Shown: positions 51,101 through 64,000 of the stretch, piece after piece
Position numbering within the stretch: the first letter of the stretch is position 1
Layout of the letters: every line of letters starts with the position of its first letter
Source of the DNA: Raillietiella orientalis
Taxonomy: Eukaryota
Direction: 5' to 3'
Assembly (NCBI GenBank): GCA_036172245.1
Contig: JAYWIR010000015.1
Location: 434,001 to 498,000 of the forward strand
DNA length: 64,000 nucleotides
Notes under the pieces: model-generated
What the model was told of the DNA's origin: nothing
The model's database searches: none
What the model saw: the letters and a program-made list of their open reading frames with translations, nothing else
Translations under genes and position numbers: made by a program

Positions 51101-52072
51101 AGTTCCGCATACCGGGATATCGTTTGGAGGAGGAGGAGTGCAGGCGCGCGTCTCAGCGGACTGAGAATCCGCTAGTGATTTTCCGGAGTTTCTAAGGTGC
51201 CATGAGCTCAGTCGGAGCCTGTGGCTGCTTCAGAACGACTAGCTCTTTCGGAGAAGCCCCGAGGGTTTGGTTCCGACGGGTTCAAAAAGTTGATCTAGAT
51301 GTTTCCGGTGCCATCAAGAGCAACCTTATTTCGCAGAAGAAAAGCCCTCCCTAGTAGAGCCTGAATCAGGAAGAGAGCTGATCCGCAGCCATCTAGACTA
51401 TTTGACCGCAGTGCCACCAGGAACCTCAGGATAATGGCCGGCAAGCAAGCAGTCGGCATCTTTTGACAGGAGCCCTGCGCAGAGAAGGCTCTTAGCTCTC
51501 TTGAAATTCCGGTCCGCCCTCGATCCCTGTGCGTTCCACCGAGACGCACAAGACGCGTCCTCTAAGGGATGCTGTATGGGCGAACAGATCTTTTGTGATT
51601 CAGCTTCCCCCCCTCCTCCCCCCTTCTTATGCAGTGGTCCGCGAGGCGTTTTGCGAACCGCGTTGGATTCGGAAAATGCGAACGTCGCGCCACTCGGTAA
51701 TGGCTCGATGGCGCCGGTGGAACCGTGCGTTCCGAATAGAAGCCCTTCTTGGCAATTCCTTGCCTTGGATTCCCGCTCTTTCTCTTTTTCCAGGAAGGAA
51801 GGATAGATCCGATTGGGAAAGGATCTGCGCTGGCATGAGACCCTTTAGGGATGTGCAGAGACCAAACAGTCGCCTGGGGGTGCGTGGGCGGGGGACGGAT
51901 GAAAAGCATTTCCCTCAGAGGAATGGGAAGAGGAAAGACTGCTTCTGGTCAGCGGACAGTGGAAGACCACAAACTCCCTTCGTCTTCCCGACAGGCGCAT
52001 CCTCTCAGGAAAGGAAGTAGCTGTGACCACTGCTTGATCCCGGATGACCTTTCCTTGCGATCACCTCAGATC

Positions 52073-52909
52073 TCATTCCCAGAAGATCCCTGGGTCACGG
52101 AGTTGGTGAACGTGAGGACATCGATGGGCTCTGCCCAGTAAGCGTCTCAGGGTTGCGACCTCCGCAGTCAGCTGCTGCACCTCGCGGCGGAGGCACACAT
52201 TCTCGTGCCCCAGCGCAACATCAACGGAGAGTCTCCTTGCGTCCACCGGGAGGTCGCGCTCGTCGTCGCCGCTCTCCTCGCTGCCCGGCCTCCTCCCGCG
52301 GGACTTGTGCCGGAACTTTAGAGGCATCGGGAGTGGCAGACGTCCGGGAGCTGGGAGACGTCTGGATGCGGCGGCAGAAGCCTCCAGCCGGAGAACCTGC
52401 TCCTCCTCGTCCTCGTCCTCGTCCTCGTCACTCATCCGTACCGGCAGAGGCGACCAGCAGTGCTCGAAGCGCGCCAGTCTCGCCCGCAGCAGGCAGTTCT
52501 CTTGCGCCAGCTCGATTACGCGCTGCTCCAGGATGAGGTCGTTGAGGCGTCGCTTCTCCCGGGACCTCTTCGCGGCTTCGTTGTTACGCCGGCGGCGGTC
52601 CCAGTAACCTTCGTCCTTCTGACTGTCCGGGATGAACTCCCGCCTCTTCCGCGGACCTTCCTTCCCGGGGGAAGTCGGCGCCGCGGCTAGCGAGCAGCCG
52701 TCCCGGATCGCCACCTCTGGCTCTGGAGGGAAGGAGAAGGGAAGGACGTTGGGGCGTGGGAAGGAAAGGAGGCGGGAGGAGGAAGAATCTCGGGAAGGAC
52801 TCTGCCCTTCCCCTTCCCCGTTTCCCTCTTGCCCAAGCCAGAGATCGGCCACCACTATTCCCCACAGTTTCGCCCCCAATTTACCTCCAATCGGCCTTGA
52901 AGTCCCCAT
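52073..52909 (-). CDS. vri: vrille / NFIL3 (E4BP4)-family bZIP repressor; preferred model 52885-52909 + 52073-52722 (about 224 aa); the unspliced ORF extends to 53443
   Basis: [52 protein letters not shown] basic zipper; PLKFRHK (LPHKLRHK-like motif); C-terminal [23 protein letters not shown] coil typical of arthropod Vrille. A long pyrimidine tract plus CAG acceptor at 52723 matches phase with donor G|GTAAAT at 52884; ATG lies in cccATGG context. The 5' structure is inferred. Confidence 0.88.
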   Translation of the reverse strand: MGTSRPIGGKLGAKLWGIVVADLWLGQEGNGEGEGQSPSRDSSSSRLLSFPRPNVLPFSFPPEPEVAIRDGCSLAAAPTSPGKEGPRKRREFIPDSQKDEGYWDRRRRNNEAAKRSREKRRLNDLILEQRVIELAQENCLLRARLARFEHCWSPLPVRMSDEDEDEDEEEQVLRLEASAAASRRLPAPGRLPLPMPLKFRHKSRGRRPGSEESGDDERDLPVDARRLSVDVALGHENVCLRREVQQLTAEVATLRRLLGRAHRCPHVHQLRDPGIFWE

Positions 52910-53045
52910 GGGCGGCGTCGCGCGGGTGGGTCGATCGTGACTGACGCAGGAGCACTCGGTAGGAAGGGGAGCGCAGCCACCAGTCGACGTCCAAGCGCAG
53001 TCGCGAGCACCTGACCTGTCGATCTTTTCCGGTGGAAGCCTTGAG

Positions 53046-53055
53046 ATTATATAAC
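53046..53055 (-). promoter_or_regulatory. TATA-like element overlapping a PAR/E4BP4 (D-box-like) site upstream of vri
   Basis: GTTATATAAT on the minus strand fits RTTAYRTAAY and contains TATATAA; isolated AT-rich motif in GC-rich DNA about 140 nt upstream of the modelled ATG. Confidence 0.45.
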
Positions 53056-53959
53056 GGCCGCTTTCACAACTGGTCTCCGGGGGATTCCCGAGGCTGTTCG
53101 CGTGCGCGTGCCCCCGTCTGAGCTCGTCCGCAGCCGCACGAACCTCGGCCGACCGGCCAAAGGCGCCGGCGCTTCTCTCCCACCCGTTCCGAACCCTCCC
53201 CTCCTTCGCGCGCCGTTTGCAGCCACCATGGGCTCTACCGCAGGTTGTCCCCCCACCCTTTTTGGTACCTCCTCTTCCCGTTCCCGGCGAACCTCTCGGC
53301 ATCCTATGGAGGGGATTCCGGAGCTCCTCCGCCCGCCGTCGCCGTGTCTTGGCAGCCCCTCCAGGGCACGACGGCGGGCGGGCGGAGAAGCGTGCTTGGA
53401 TCCATGCTATCCTCGCTCTTCGCGGGCATCTGCGCCTATCCATTCCGTCACAGAGTTCAGGACCCCGGAGGACGGAGGATGGGAAACAAAGTGGGAAACT
53501 CCCCGGTCTCCCGGCACATCGCCGCGAAGTTGTCCTTGCGAGCGGAGGATGCGAACAGGCAGAGATCGGGCGTCCTCTCCCCTAGGGAGGGGAGGAGGGT
53601 GAAGACTAAAATCTTTGCACCCCATTCTTTCGTCAGAGAGTGGAGCTCTCTCTCGTCTCCCAGGGCAGCGCACTCCGGGGAGCTCCCCAGCGAGCGAGGG
53701 CGTTGCTAACGGACCGCGGGAGGGTGGGGGGTGTAGGAAGACGATATCCGCTACTCCACCCTCTTCCTATCTTCCCCGGGAAAATTTCCCGGAACTGCGT
53801 TCCTGGCGACAGCACGAGAAAAATCGTCGCTTCCTCCGCGTCCCCGATTCCCACCCCCGATTTTTTCGACCCATCTGTGGGATTCCTCCGCCCTCTTCTC
53901 CCCTCGTGGAACCTTCCCGGCGAAGCAGAGAGGAGTGGAGAAGGCTGCCGAAGCGGCAA

Positions 53960-53976
53960 GGGGGGGGGGGGGGGGG
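53960..53976 (+). repeat. Poly(G) run of 17 nt, G-quadruplex-capable
   Basis: Uninterrupted G run upstream of vri. Confidence 0.7.
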
Positions 53977-54417
53977 TGAGCCGAGTAGAGCTTTTGTTCC
54001 GGGATGGCGCGCTGCTCGCGCTCCTCTCCCGAGGTCCCGGCCGTGCTCCCTCGGGGACGTATTTCGTTGGAGGGGAGGCGCACTTCCGAAAAAGTCCCGA
54101 GGGGGAGCGGACTGCCCAGAGGAAAATGGCGCTCCCAGGATCACACCTGGGGGGAGTCGATGACCTGTGCGCTCACGAGGAAGAAAATGACCTCAGGCCT
54201 GAGGGCAGGTCGTCTCGGAGCAGTGCGGATGTCCCTTTCTTCAGCACCCTAGTCACGGGGACGCCATGCCCGGCAGCATGAAGCCTCGGGGCATTTCCTG
54301 ACGACCAGCGAACGCCCTCGGTGCTAAGACTGAAGATCTAATTCATGCCACGCGACCGAACCCCCTGTCGGTATGGGCGACGCCCACCAGGAGCGGCTCG
54401 TTAGCGAAAGGAGGAGA

Positions 54418-54458
54418 GGAAGGAATAGAGGACCTTCCTAAGGTCCTCTATTCCTTCC
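54418..54458. repeat. Perfect inverted repeat, 19-bp arms, 3-nt loop
   Basis: GGAAGGAATAGAGGACCTT-cct-AAGGTCCTCTATTCCTTCC. Confidence 0.9.
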
Positions 54459-54985
54459 ACTTCCTCAACAGCTGCCGTTGCAACGAGACCAGAACTACTG
54501 GTCGGAGGGACCCACAACGCATATTGAGTGGGAGGCTGCTGGCCGGAGCTTTCCGGGAAGAAACGGAGAGCTGAGGCCACTCCTGTTGGGCGAGGCGAGG
54601 CTCCCTTCCCGGACGACGTGCGCCCCGATTAGCGTTTGTGTCGATAGAGTGGAAGAGGGAAATGGGAGAGCGCCGGCTCTTCGTTTTGCCTGCGTAGGAG
54701 TGCCCATCGCAGCGAGAGGATCGATGGGATCCTGGGTCCTTGCCAACGACGGGATGTCAGGAGGGGATTGCAAAAATTCACGAGACGTGGAGACGGAGCA
54801 CGCCAAGAAAGAAACGACGGTGCGCACAGCAAGCTCTGGAACGCGGCGCTCCCGGAATAGGCACCGGAAGCATAGTCTGGGTCTGCTTTCTGAATGGGGG
54901 AAAACCTGTTGAAAAAGAAGAAGGGAAAGAGGACACAGGAGAGAGGGACAGACCTGGAATGATGCCGGAAACTCCCCCCCCCTCT

Positions 54986-56026
54986 CACGTGGTTGGTACC
55001 TTTTGCGAACGTGATGTACATAATTTGACCACCGACAAAATACCTTTTTTTTGGTTGTTGTTTTAGAGGCAGCCTCGAGTGCGCGCTGAGATGGAGTGGA
55101 CATCCACAGAGCGAAAATTGTGGATCAATCCCCCGTGGTCATTACTCTCCCGGGACATCATTTGGTGAAACGAAAGCACGTATGAATGGATACGAAAATT
55201 TTTAACAGATCCCTCCATATGAGAGAAAGCATCTGGCAATCCTGATTCGTTTTCGCTGACTTCCAACCTTGTCTTTCTTTTTTTCTTCCTTTTTTTCCTT
55301 TTTTGGTTCGCCGAGTACTGAAGAACCGCTGCTTCCTCCCCCGTAGCGGCGGCATCTGAACGTTTCAACAGAGCTACCACGCGGGGGATCTCGAGGCACT
55401 TCCACTATCCAGTCACCCGAGGTGCACATGCAGCCGGGACGGGCTACCCCGAAGGGACCGCTCCCAATCCCCGGCTAGTCGACGGGGCACTCGGCCGAGG
55501 AAGGCAGCACGTTCCACCTACGCGCACGCTTGAGTGTGAGCCACCCTCATCGTCATCGTGCTTGGATCGAAACCCATGACAGCCGAGTTGGCGGCGATCG
55601 CCTTTATGGGTGTTCGAACCCGCAAAGCTCGGGTGCCACGTGCGGATGCCCTGGCCTCACGGCTGCCGACGGCATAAGGGCGCAAGAGCCCGAAGAACAA
55701 GGAGCAGGATGGCCAGCAGTTCCCTCTTCAGCAGGAGACTGAGATGGAAACACGCCGCGGAACCGGGTGCGTCACGCGCATCCCGAGGGTGGTCACAAGT
55801 GAATCGTCTGTCGCATCGCGGTGCGTGCTAATCCGCGTCTGATGGTGTGGAGGCCTTCGTGGAAATCTCTCGCGTAGCTTTGGATTTGCCTTGTCGGTTG
55901 TTGGTTTCTTTAAAGGAACAGCTAAGCAGGGACCACACATGCGGGAGAAGAAGCGCCCACAAATCCTTCGGGCCCTGCCACCGCTTTCCCTGAAGCGCTG
56001 CCTACCGAGCGCAACATGTGCACGTG
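54986..56026. promoter_or_regulatory. Three canonical E-boxes (CACGTG at 54986, 55637, 56021) upstream of vri
   Basis: Motifs seen directly; Drosophila vri is a CLK/CYC E-box target; function here is inferred. Confidence 0.35.
55381..55673 (-). mobile_element. SINE-like element copy C (short, about 290 bp)
   Basis: Minus strand: GCACGTGGCACCCGAGCTTTGCGGGTTCGAA head, GTCATGGGTTTCGATCC, GGAGCGGTCCCTTCGGGG module, GCACCTCGGGTGACTGGA tail. Confidence 0.6.
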
Positions 56027-59000
56027 AAAATGACCGATCCGCGCTTTGCGCAGCTTTCGGCAGCAGAGGCTCCTTTCACAAGACCGGAGAACGGATGATG
56101 ACTGCATGAGCACGAAGCGTCCAGGTAGCGGAGGACCAAACAAATGCAGGGGTATGGGCTCAGTGCAAGGGACCTGTGGGATTACCTGTGGATGGTTTTC
56201 GGGTTCTTCTGTTTGCTTCGAGCAGGACACACAGAAGCAAGCAAGAAACGTACGTGTCCGCGTGTGGTTACAGCTGAATCTTGGGCACTGGAAAATTCGT
56301 CGCATTCTCAGTCGCCACGAGATTGCATTTTTTTGAAAATTTCGACAGTACCTCCGATAAGCAAATGGCTTTTCTATCATGCTACTTTCGCCGAGTGAAA
56401 TCGATCCGAACGACGACTTTCTTCGCTGGTTCGCAATAAGCTATTGCCCACCACATATGCGCGTGGTGTAGCATCCTAACACGGTCCAAGATTTTGAACA
56501 CCCTGATCGAAAGATATGTGTTCCGAACTGCATCTCAGCCGTGGGGTTAATTCTCAATCAACGATGGCAACACTGGAAGGGCCGCCATCCCTCATCATCA
56601 CTCTCTCTGTTGCTAGCCAACGAAACTTTGCGTTCACCGCAACGTAACTTTGGTTCCCAGCTCCAGGCTTCGGAGTCCAAGTCTGTTTGAATCCGTCACC
56701 AACGCAGCTACCGTCTTATTAATCAAATGCCTCTGAGCACTATGCTGGCTTCAGCTAATTGTGATTTCCATTTCGTTCGTGTTTCCCCTACGTAAGTCAC
56801 GCCACACGTAGCTTTCGCCACACTGCAGAGTGCTTTCCTTCTTCTTGCTTTGCCGACGTGTGCCGTCCAAATCGCAGACGAAAGCCAAATTCCATGAAAG
56901 AGTGAAGCAACATTTCGAACCTGAAAAACGCAGCAGCTCTCGTGTTTTTGAATAAAAGCGCGTATGCGTGTGCATTCCTCAATTCTTCTTGAAGATGACG
57001 CCGGAGATGTCTGATGTAATGTACATGTACACACATTCCTTCAGTGGCCCTTCAGCATTCAAAAACTTGGAGCGAAACAAGAAAACCTGCTGATCGCGTG
57101 TCAATACATTCGCGAGGATGAAAAAAAGTGAAATAGCTTTGACGGTGATTTTTTTTTCTCGGTGACATTTCGGTTTGTGGAGTTCATTTAATAGTAAAGA
57201 AAAGCATTATCATTTACTTCTTCACGCACTACATCCAGAAGTGCATAGGCATTTTTTAGAACGTTTTCACAGGGAGAAGCCATTATTCACGCTTACACAT
57301 TTAAGTGTGACTCACAGTAATCGCATAAATACTTCACTGAGATCTCGGGTATGAAAGAATGGTGCAAACGCGTCACCTTCGAATGAGGTGTACACGGAAC
57401 ACCAACCGAATATCTCGAGAATTCCTCCGAAACCTGAAAGCAAGGAAAAATCGCATTATCATGGAACATGACTCCCAGATCGCCCCACCCAGCAGAGAGC
57501 TACGGAAGCTGCATCAGTGTGCACGAAGTACGGGAACTCCAGACCGTTGAAACAGAAGACAGGATTATCAAGCCAGCCCGATCCTATCTTTCGGGTTGAT
57601 ATGGTTCGGGCATCTCTTCACACAAAATCTCCTCCCGATAATCAGCAGGACTGGGACCTGGTTTTCAATTTCAGATGCAGTGATCATCTTCATTCGGATT
57701 CTGCTTGCTGTTTCGACCTCTTTCCTCTTTTCTGTTCTGCCTTTTTATGAACATTCGTAGAAAGTGTTTAAGGCAGAGCAGTGGTGTACGCGCTCTAACG
57801 GTTCCGTACCCTGGTTCCTCTGGCCAGCAAACTTTATTCCAGCTCCTCTTTAATGAACCCATCGATCCTCTTCTCTGCTGCCGATTGAACGCAAGCTTTT
57901 GATCTCTCTGACTGATCTTCTTCCAATCTGAATTCGAAGTGCCTTTCTCTTGATGAAGCTCGACTTCGACAGCTTCAGCTTCTCCTCGAGGAAAAAGCAG
58001 CTACTGCTCGAAATCCAAGTTTATAGTTCAGTGGGTTAAAAAAAAAAAAAAAAGAAGGAAAACTCTGTGGGCATTCACATCACGCCGGATGATCCAGCTG
58101 TCACCTATTTATGTTTCTTTCCTGTTGTTTGGTTTGTTTCCTGTGACTGCCATTTGTTTTTCTGCATCCTGCAACGAGCTTCTTCAGAGGAAACCTGGAT
58201 GCTGTGCGCAAATGCTTTCATGATTGAGAAAGCTTTCCTGAGGTTGGCCTTTTTTTCGCAAACCTCCAAGGTTGTTAACCTGCAGATGTGAACGTCTCCG
58301 ACATCTTGAAGATTTGCATAAATTACATTCTGTGCACTTGCTCAACAAACTCCAAGAAAGCAGCATGTAGTCAACTTGTTGGAATTTGGCGAGCCTCGCG
58401 GAGTGAAGGTCTCTGATTAAACCACACGTATGATCAGTGCACCGAAAATATTTTTAAGTGTTCCTCAGAAGAACAAAAAAAAAAAAACTGAGTTCGAGAA
58501 GTGATGTTCGTGCCATATTGAAGCGTTGGGGAGGAATAAGCTGGCATTTATGAAACGAGTGCTTCTCGACGAAGAATGAAAAGCACATTTGTCGAGGAAC
58601 CTGATCTTAGAAGCTGGATGGTTTGTCCCCGTCTCCCCAGCTTCCGAGCAGCCCGTGCCATTTTCCCGCTTCCCGGATTCAGCACGGTACTTGCTGGAGG
58701 CAGACAGCCGTCGGTCGTCTGCCAAGTAAAAAAAAAAAATTCTCAACCTGCCACGCTTTTCTGCCTTCTGGTTGCTGCAACACCGTGGAGGACGAAGTGG
58801 CATGCCTCTCAAGTGGGCATGTCGTCGGTGCGTGGTTCGATGCCGAGGTGCCACCAAGTTCATCGCTGGTCACACCATCCGACAACAGCCCCCCTCCCCA
58901 AAGGTTTTTCGCTAGCATCGGCAGCGATGATGATCTTTCACTGGGTTTCAGTTATAAGACCTCCTTTCCCCGACTCGTTTCCTCGTTTCGCTCACGTGTA

Positions 59001-62000
59001 CTCCTTTTTTTTCCCTTCTCTCTCTTCCTCCTCCTCCTCCTCCTTCTTATTTTAAATATCTGAATTCTGCTGGTTTGGGAGCAACAGATGAACTTTGGAG
59101 ATGGAGTTGAAGGGCGTGAGCGCCTTTTTATATATGCAGACCGTAGGCAAGCACTGTGCCAAATATCAAGACTGTCGGACTTCTTTGCCCTGACGCACGG
59201 AAACCTGTGCTGCAGCTACGGCCCGCCTAGCTCGACAGAATGACTTGCCGGACGCAAACGTGTGGTCAGCAGCCCACAGCTTCTACACGAAGGGAATGAA
59301 AATTGTGCGGCTGGCCGAAGGCTGCTGATCTTTTTGAATAGGAAAAGCGTTGGTCGCCCCAATGGGGTTCCTCGATCCATGTTGGGAATACGCCAAGTGC
59401 TTTCAAATAAGAAAATGGATACGTTCACGCCATAGGAAGTGTTCAGGGTTTTTAGGAAGCGCGAAGAGTGTGGAAAAAGAAGATCCTGACCAACGCGTTA
59501 AACGATGGATACCTTGAAAATAACATTCTTGAGAATGCAAACGTATTTTTCAGTGCTGCTAATTTACTTTTTCAAAAAAGGAAGTTTGTGAAAAAGTCCA
59601 CAATATGCGAATGACATCAACGAATCTGTTGACGAGTGCTAAACTCACTATCCACCATCATTATTACTGATAACATGGCGCCATTAACCAACATTAAAGT
59701 AGTAACATCATTTTCGAAAAATAATTATTGATGATTTTTTTTTTTTTTCTTCAAACGTGATCATATCCTAGGCGATTAATGATCTTAGTTATTTTCAGCA
59801 ATGACTTACAGATTTTGTTTACTTTTTCAGGAACGTGAGATTTCTGAAATGATGTATTTCATCGCTCATTTATGGCACTTAGCAATGCATATCTTTTTTG
59901 CGTGTGTGTTTCACGTTGCTCGGTCGATGCAAATCAGCCAGCACGATGATCTTAATGAACATGACAGTGATAAAGCGAACGCTCTTTCACTGGCAGCCAC
60001 CGGAGTAGCTGCAATGAAAACCAAACTAGAAAATTGGCTTGCAGATTCACGATTGCTTTTTGTCAAATAAAGTGCAATAAAAGCGTTTTCTTGTGCCCAG
60101 CTCAAGAATAATAAATTGTAAGCTGTTTTTTCCCGAGTTGGTCGGAGCATGATGGTTTTCTGGAATGAGAAGGAATCCGGTTGCACACGTGTGTAAACAA
60201 GTAGGCCACATCATATGGAATGGCTTTCTCTTTTTAATAGCATTACGAAACCAATATGTTTGAATGTTATGTGATGAGTTCATATGAAGAAAACCATTTC
60301 GACGGAAGGTCAAGCAGAGTCGGTTGAATCCAATGCCAGTCTAAACTGACGGCTGTAGAAATCTGATGCTCAATCCGTCTCCCGAAGGGAAATGAAATTT
60401 GCATATTTGCGGCAGAACTGGTCACTTGAGCAAAAGGAAAGAAACCTAGTATGGATAACTTTTGCAGCGACTCCCATGTGGAGCTAATTGGAAACTTGAG
60501 ATCCTTGATTGGTCTCTTGAGAAACAAAACCATGTCTTCCACCTCGTTCGAATGCAAACAGAATATCCGAAACAGTTACACTGCAGGCTGAAAATGAGAC
60601 CGAGGAAATCTAATTGATTCTGCACGTAGGAAACATTTATGAACTGGTGTCAATGAGAGGCGTGCTTCTTCAGTAGCATTTATGTAATTAACACGGGGAG
60701 GCCTGACGAGATAACCACCTACAGTCTCCTATGAGAAAATCCTTTAGAGTATGGGAAGTGTCTCCATTTGAAATGTTAGTGATGTTTTCATGAGGCAAAT
60801 GAATGTGTTTCTCACAATCTGTGCAGATTGCTTGGTTCCAAAGCATTTTGCAGCTCTCAGACCTCGAAAGTGTCCAGAAATGGGAATATTGCGTACAACC
60901 AAACCATTTCAATAGTGTTAGCCTTAAAAAGCAGCTGTTGTGCTTGGGTGCCACAGGAGCTGTATGGAGCAGACGTTTTTATGGAACCGGGAAAATCCAA
61001 AAATTTTGCATGGCAGAAGCAAACAAATCTGGACAGTTTTTAATTCTTAAAAACTGAGCAAAAAATTTTTTTTCCAGTGTAATGGGTTTACGTAAATGTA
61101 CTGCTTTTCCTGTTCACTGGAGTGCAGACAAAACCGAAATTGAAGAACAGAGTGGCTTTGGAAAGCTTTGGGAATTCTTATCAGCTCAGAAAATCTTTCC
61201 ACAAACACCGAGTTTGGGTTTTCATAAAAAAAAAATGCCAGATAATTCTCATAGTGTTTGGAGTGCAGAAATAAAAAGTATCAGTTGCATTTCTGCGTTA
61301 GGTTCTATCAGACTTCTTGAATTTTAAGGTTTCAGGAAGGTTTTGCCAAGATGTCAATCTTAAAACACAATGTTAAACGGTCCACTTATCTACTGTTTCT
61401 GGCTTGAAATTGAAATCTGTATGAGCAAGGCAAAGGAATTTCATTGACAGTATTCAGCAATGTCTTGAGCTCATTTGTGTTTATAACCCACTTGTACTAC
61501 TGTTCTTGTCGTGCCTAAAAAACTTCAAAGGACCAATTTCGGAAGATAAAACTTGAAGGCTTTTGTCTGAACTTCAAAAGTAACTCGAAGAACTTCAAAG
61601 AGCTGTCTGCCTTCCTTCTATGTGGTCGGTGACTGGGGAAAACGAATGCTCCTTGTTCTTCCCATTTCCAACCCAAATCGAGAAGTCTACGCGCTTCAGC
61701 CCTTGAAGTTACGCTGGAGGCAAACAAGAAATCCAGACAATGTTTTTTTTTCAAGAGGAAAGCATCTCAGTTAGAACAGGATAACAAGATTTTCAGGAGA
61801 AATTTTCAGAAAAAAATCATTCACTCCAAGACAGTTGCTCGTGCTATCCTTTATGAGATCGTCCGAGACACAATTGCACTAGTTCCTTAGAGTAGAAGTC
61901 TGGCATGCCCTCTCGAAGAGCGAGGGCCAGTATTCTAGCAGGATATAGGACAAGAAAACTTGACTTCTGAGTTGAAAAGCCTGGCCGAAAAGATGGAAGT

Positions 62001-64000
62001 TCAATTTATAACGAAACCTCTTATAAATTGAGGAACCGCTTAAAGAGAGCTGCCATCTTGAAAATGGATACTTGATTCTTCATTCTTAAAATGATACAGG
62101 CGATGGATGAGTATCTGATGCTGAAGTATCTGGGTGTAAGCTCTTATCAACAACACAGACTGGCCATCAAACTATGACTTCTTTCAGAGGAGCATTCGTT
62201 CTAATCTTGTGATCATTGTACACAAAAAACGGATTGGAAAAGGATTATAAAAGAACAATATATTATGCAAAGTGATTGAAACAGGGAGAAGAAAGAGAAC
62301 ACAGTTTCTCAGCGAATTCTCCAGAGGTCGACATTTCCTTTTCAAACTGATGGATGCTGAGAGAAATGACAACTACCGATGGTGTGGATTAGTCTTCACT
62401 GAATGGAAAAATCCACGTGGAAGTGGCAGCAGCAACATCAATGCTTTGGAGCTCCACAGATCCCCAAACCAAGGACTTGTTATTACGTCATTCGGAATTC
62501 TTGTAGAAATAGGAATTCTGAGTGAGGAGTTGACTTACAGAACAGAGAAACGAACGATCCACAATGACAGCTTAAGATGGATACGTCGAGTGCATCAGGA
62601 TGCAATGAAATACCTACATCCAGGACGAACTACCATGGCCTTAACTTGCCAGTGTCCCCCAGTGTTTCGTGATAACAGCTTAGACCACGAGATGATTTGG
62701 GAAAAGCAATGTTTCGCGCATTAGCAGGTTGCAAACAGCAATTGCTTCCCAGGGTGACTGTTAAACGATACAGAGAGACGATTCATTCACATTCGCTTGA
62801 ATGCAATAAAGGGAAACATCGTGGGAGAGGGAGAGGAGAAACACGATTCGGTGTTTCTCAGCCTCATCACTCGGCCAGTAGAACCTCAGAGGCGGATCAA
62901 AAGCAGTGCTTCCAGAAGCACCAAGCCAAACGTGAGATTTTTGCATCAGGAAAGCATCGCGGGAAAAGAAATAGGAAAGTGGTCTTGCGTACCATGTGCG
63001 ATAGACGAGAACCCTTGCGAGATCCCCAAGCACCATTTTTCCCCCAAGTCTTTCTTGCTCCAAAGAAACTCGCAGTCTGTATGAGGAATGTTGACCGGTA
63101 ATCATTCACGGACAGAACCTTCTTATATTTCATCACTTGCTCTCGAACTCCGAAACGGCGACGGATCTTATTCTCAGCAGAATGAGTCCTATTTGAAGCA
63201 CCTCCTTGTTCTATTCGGTCTCTCTTCCAGCAATTTCGATGGCACCTTTGAACACAGTGTCAAATGTGGTGAGAAAAAAACAAATGCACGCGCGTGCCAA
63301 ATCTCAACTTCTTCGGGGAGGATTCTTTCATATGCAAAAGATTTTTCTTGAAAAAAAATTCATTGATGCATGAAATCAGGAAAAATGTATTGAACGTATG
63401 AATCATACGAACGTATGAATTCTCTCTGTGAGCAAACCAAAAACAGAGTCCTTGGAAAATACATAGTTCAAATCTTGTCAAGTTAAATTCTTCACAATAT
63501 CTAAGTTGCCATTTATTTATTATGGTTATAAACATGACCACAATGAGCAAGATGATGAATCGTTTCCTGTACCTTTTGGGTGGCTTTCGTTCATTGATCT
63601 TCAAGAGAAGGAGCTGTTCATCTGACACAGAATCCTTTAGGGTGCATCAGTTATCACCTTGATTAATCTAAAAGGCGCTATTCTCCACCGGACAATCTAC
63701 CTTGCATTCTTAGCTTTCGACGTGATAAATAACCATAAGATATTACCCATTAGCCATAGAAGAAATGCCACAGTAGCTCTTACTGAATTCGAGCAGTATG
63801 AAGCACATGAGCACACGACACCATCGTGTTTTGCCAGACAGCACCAAGTTCAAGCAAGATCTTTCCAGGATTTTCTTCTTTGATGGCATTCTTAAGATGT
63901 CTAGGATTCATTGCACATCCACATGAGATGCACTGCCGAAAGTGTATCGTCTTTCTCTTGAGATTGCTGGCAATGTGCGCCTCTATTCTTCAAGTTTCTT

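Noticed and set aside
52910..55100. Many long overlapping ORFs on both strands, including the N-terminal half of the 456-aa ORF
   Set aside because: Expected from stop-codon scarcity in GC-rich DNA; low-complexity R/G/P translations without domains.

Overview
Eukaryotic (animal, probably arthropod; many 42-77 nt introns) genomic DNA with two identifiable protein-coding genes, both on the minus strand. The first is a complete inositol 1,4,5-trisphosphate receptor gene (Itpr): I traced 35 coding exons by hand from ATG 33760 to stop 15686, phase-consistent throughout, about 2,653 aa, with one GC-AG intron. The second is a compact vrille/NFIL3-type bZIP gene at about 52073-52909 in a GC/CpG-rich region. 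The most unusual structure is a diverged, tRNA-headed (Pol III B-box) SINE-like family present three times (8314-10544 +, 13035-13750 +, 55381-55673 -), with a shared head, a variable ~40-bp internal tandem module and a shared tail. The first copy is interrupted by a 5'-truncated, decayed L1/Tx1-type non-LTR retrotransposon, and the uninterrupted 13 kb copy shows the corresponding empty site. A CpG-free, strand-skewed block at about 45.8-48.3 kb suggests an unannotated + strand transcript. Most other short ORFs in the track are not supportable. All coordinates and alignments were read by eye; no searches were run.
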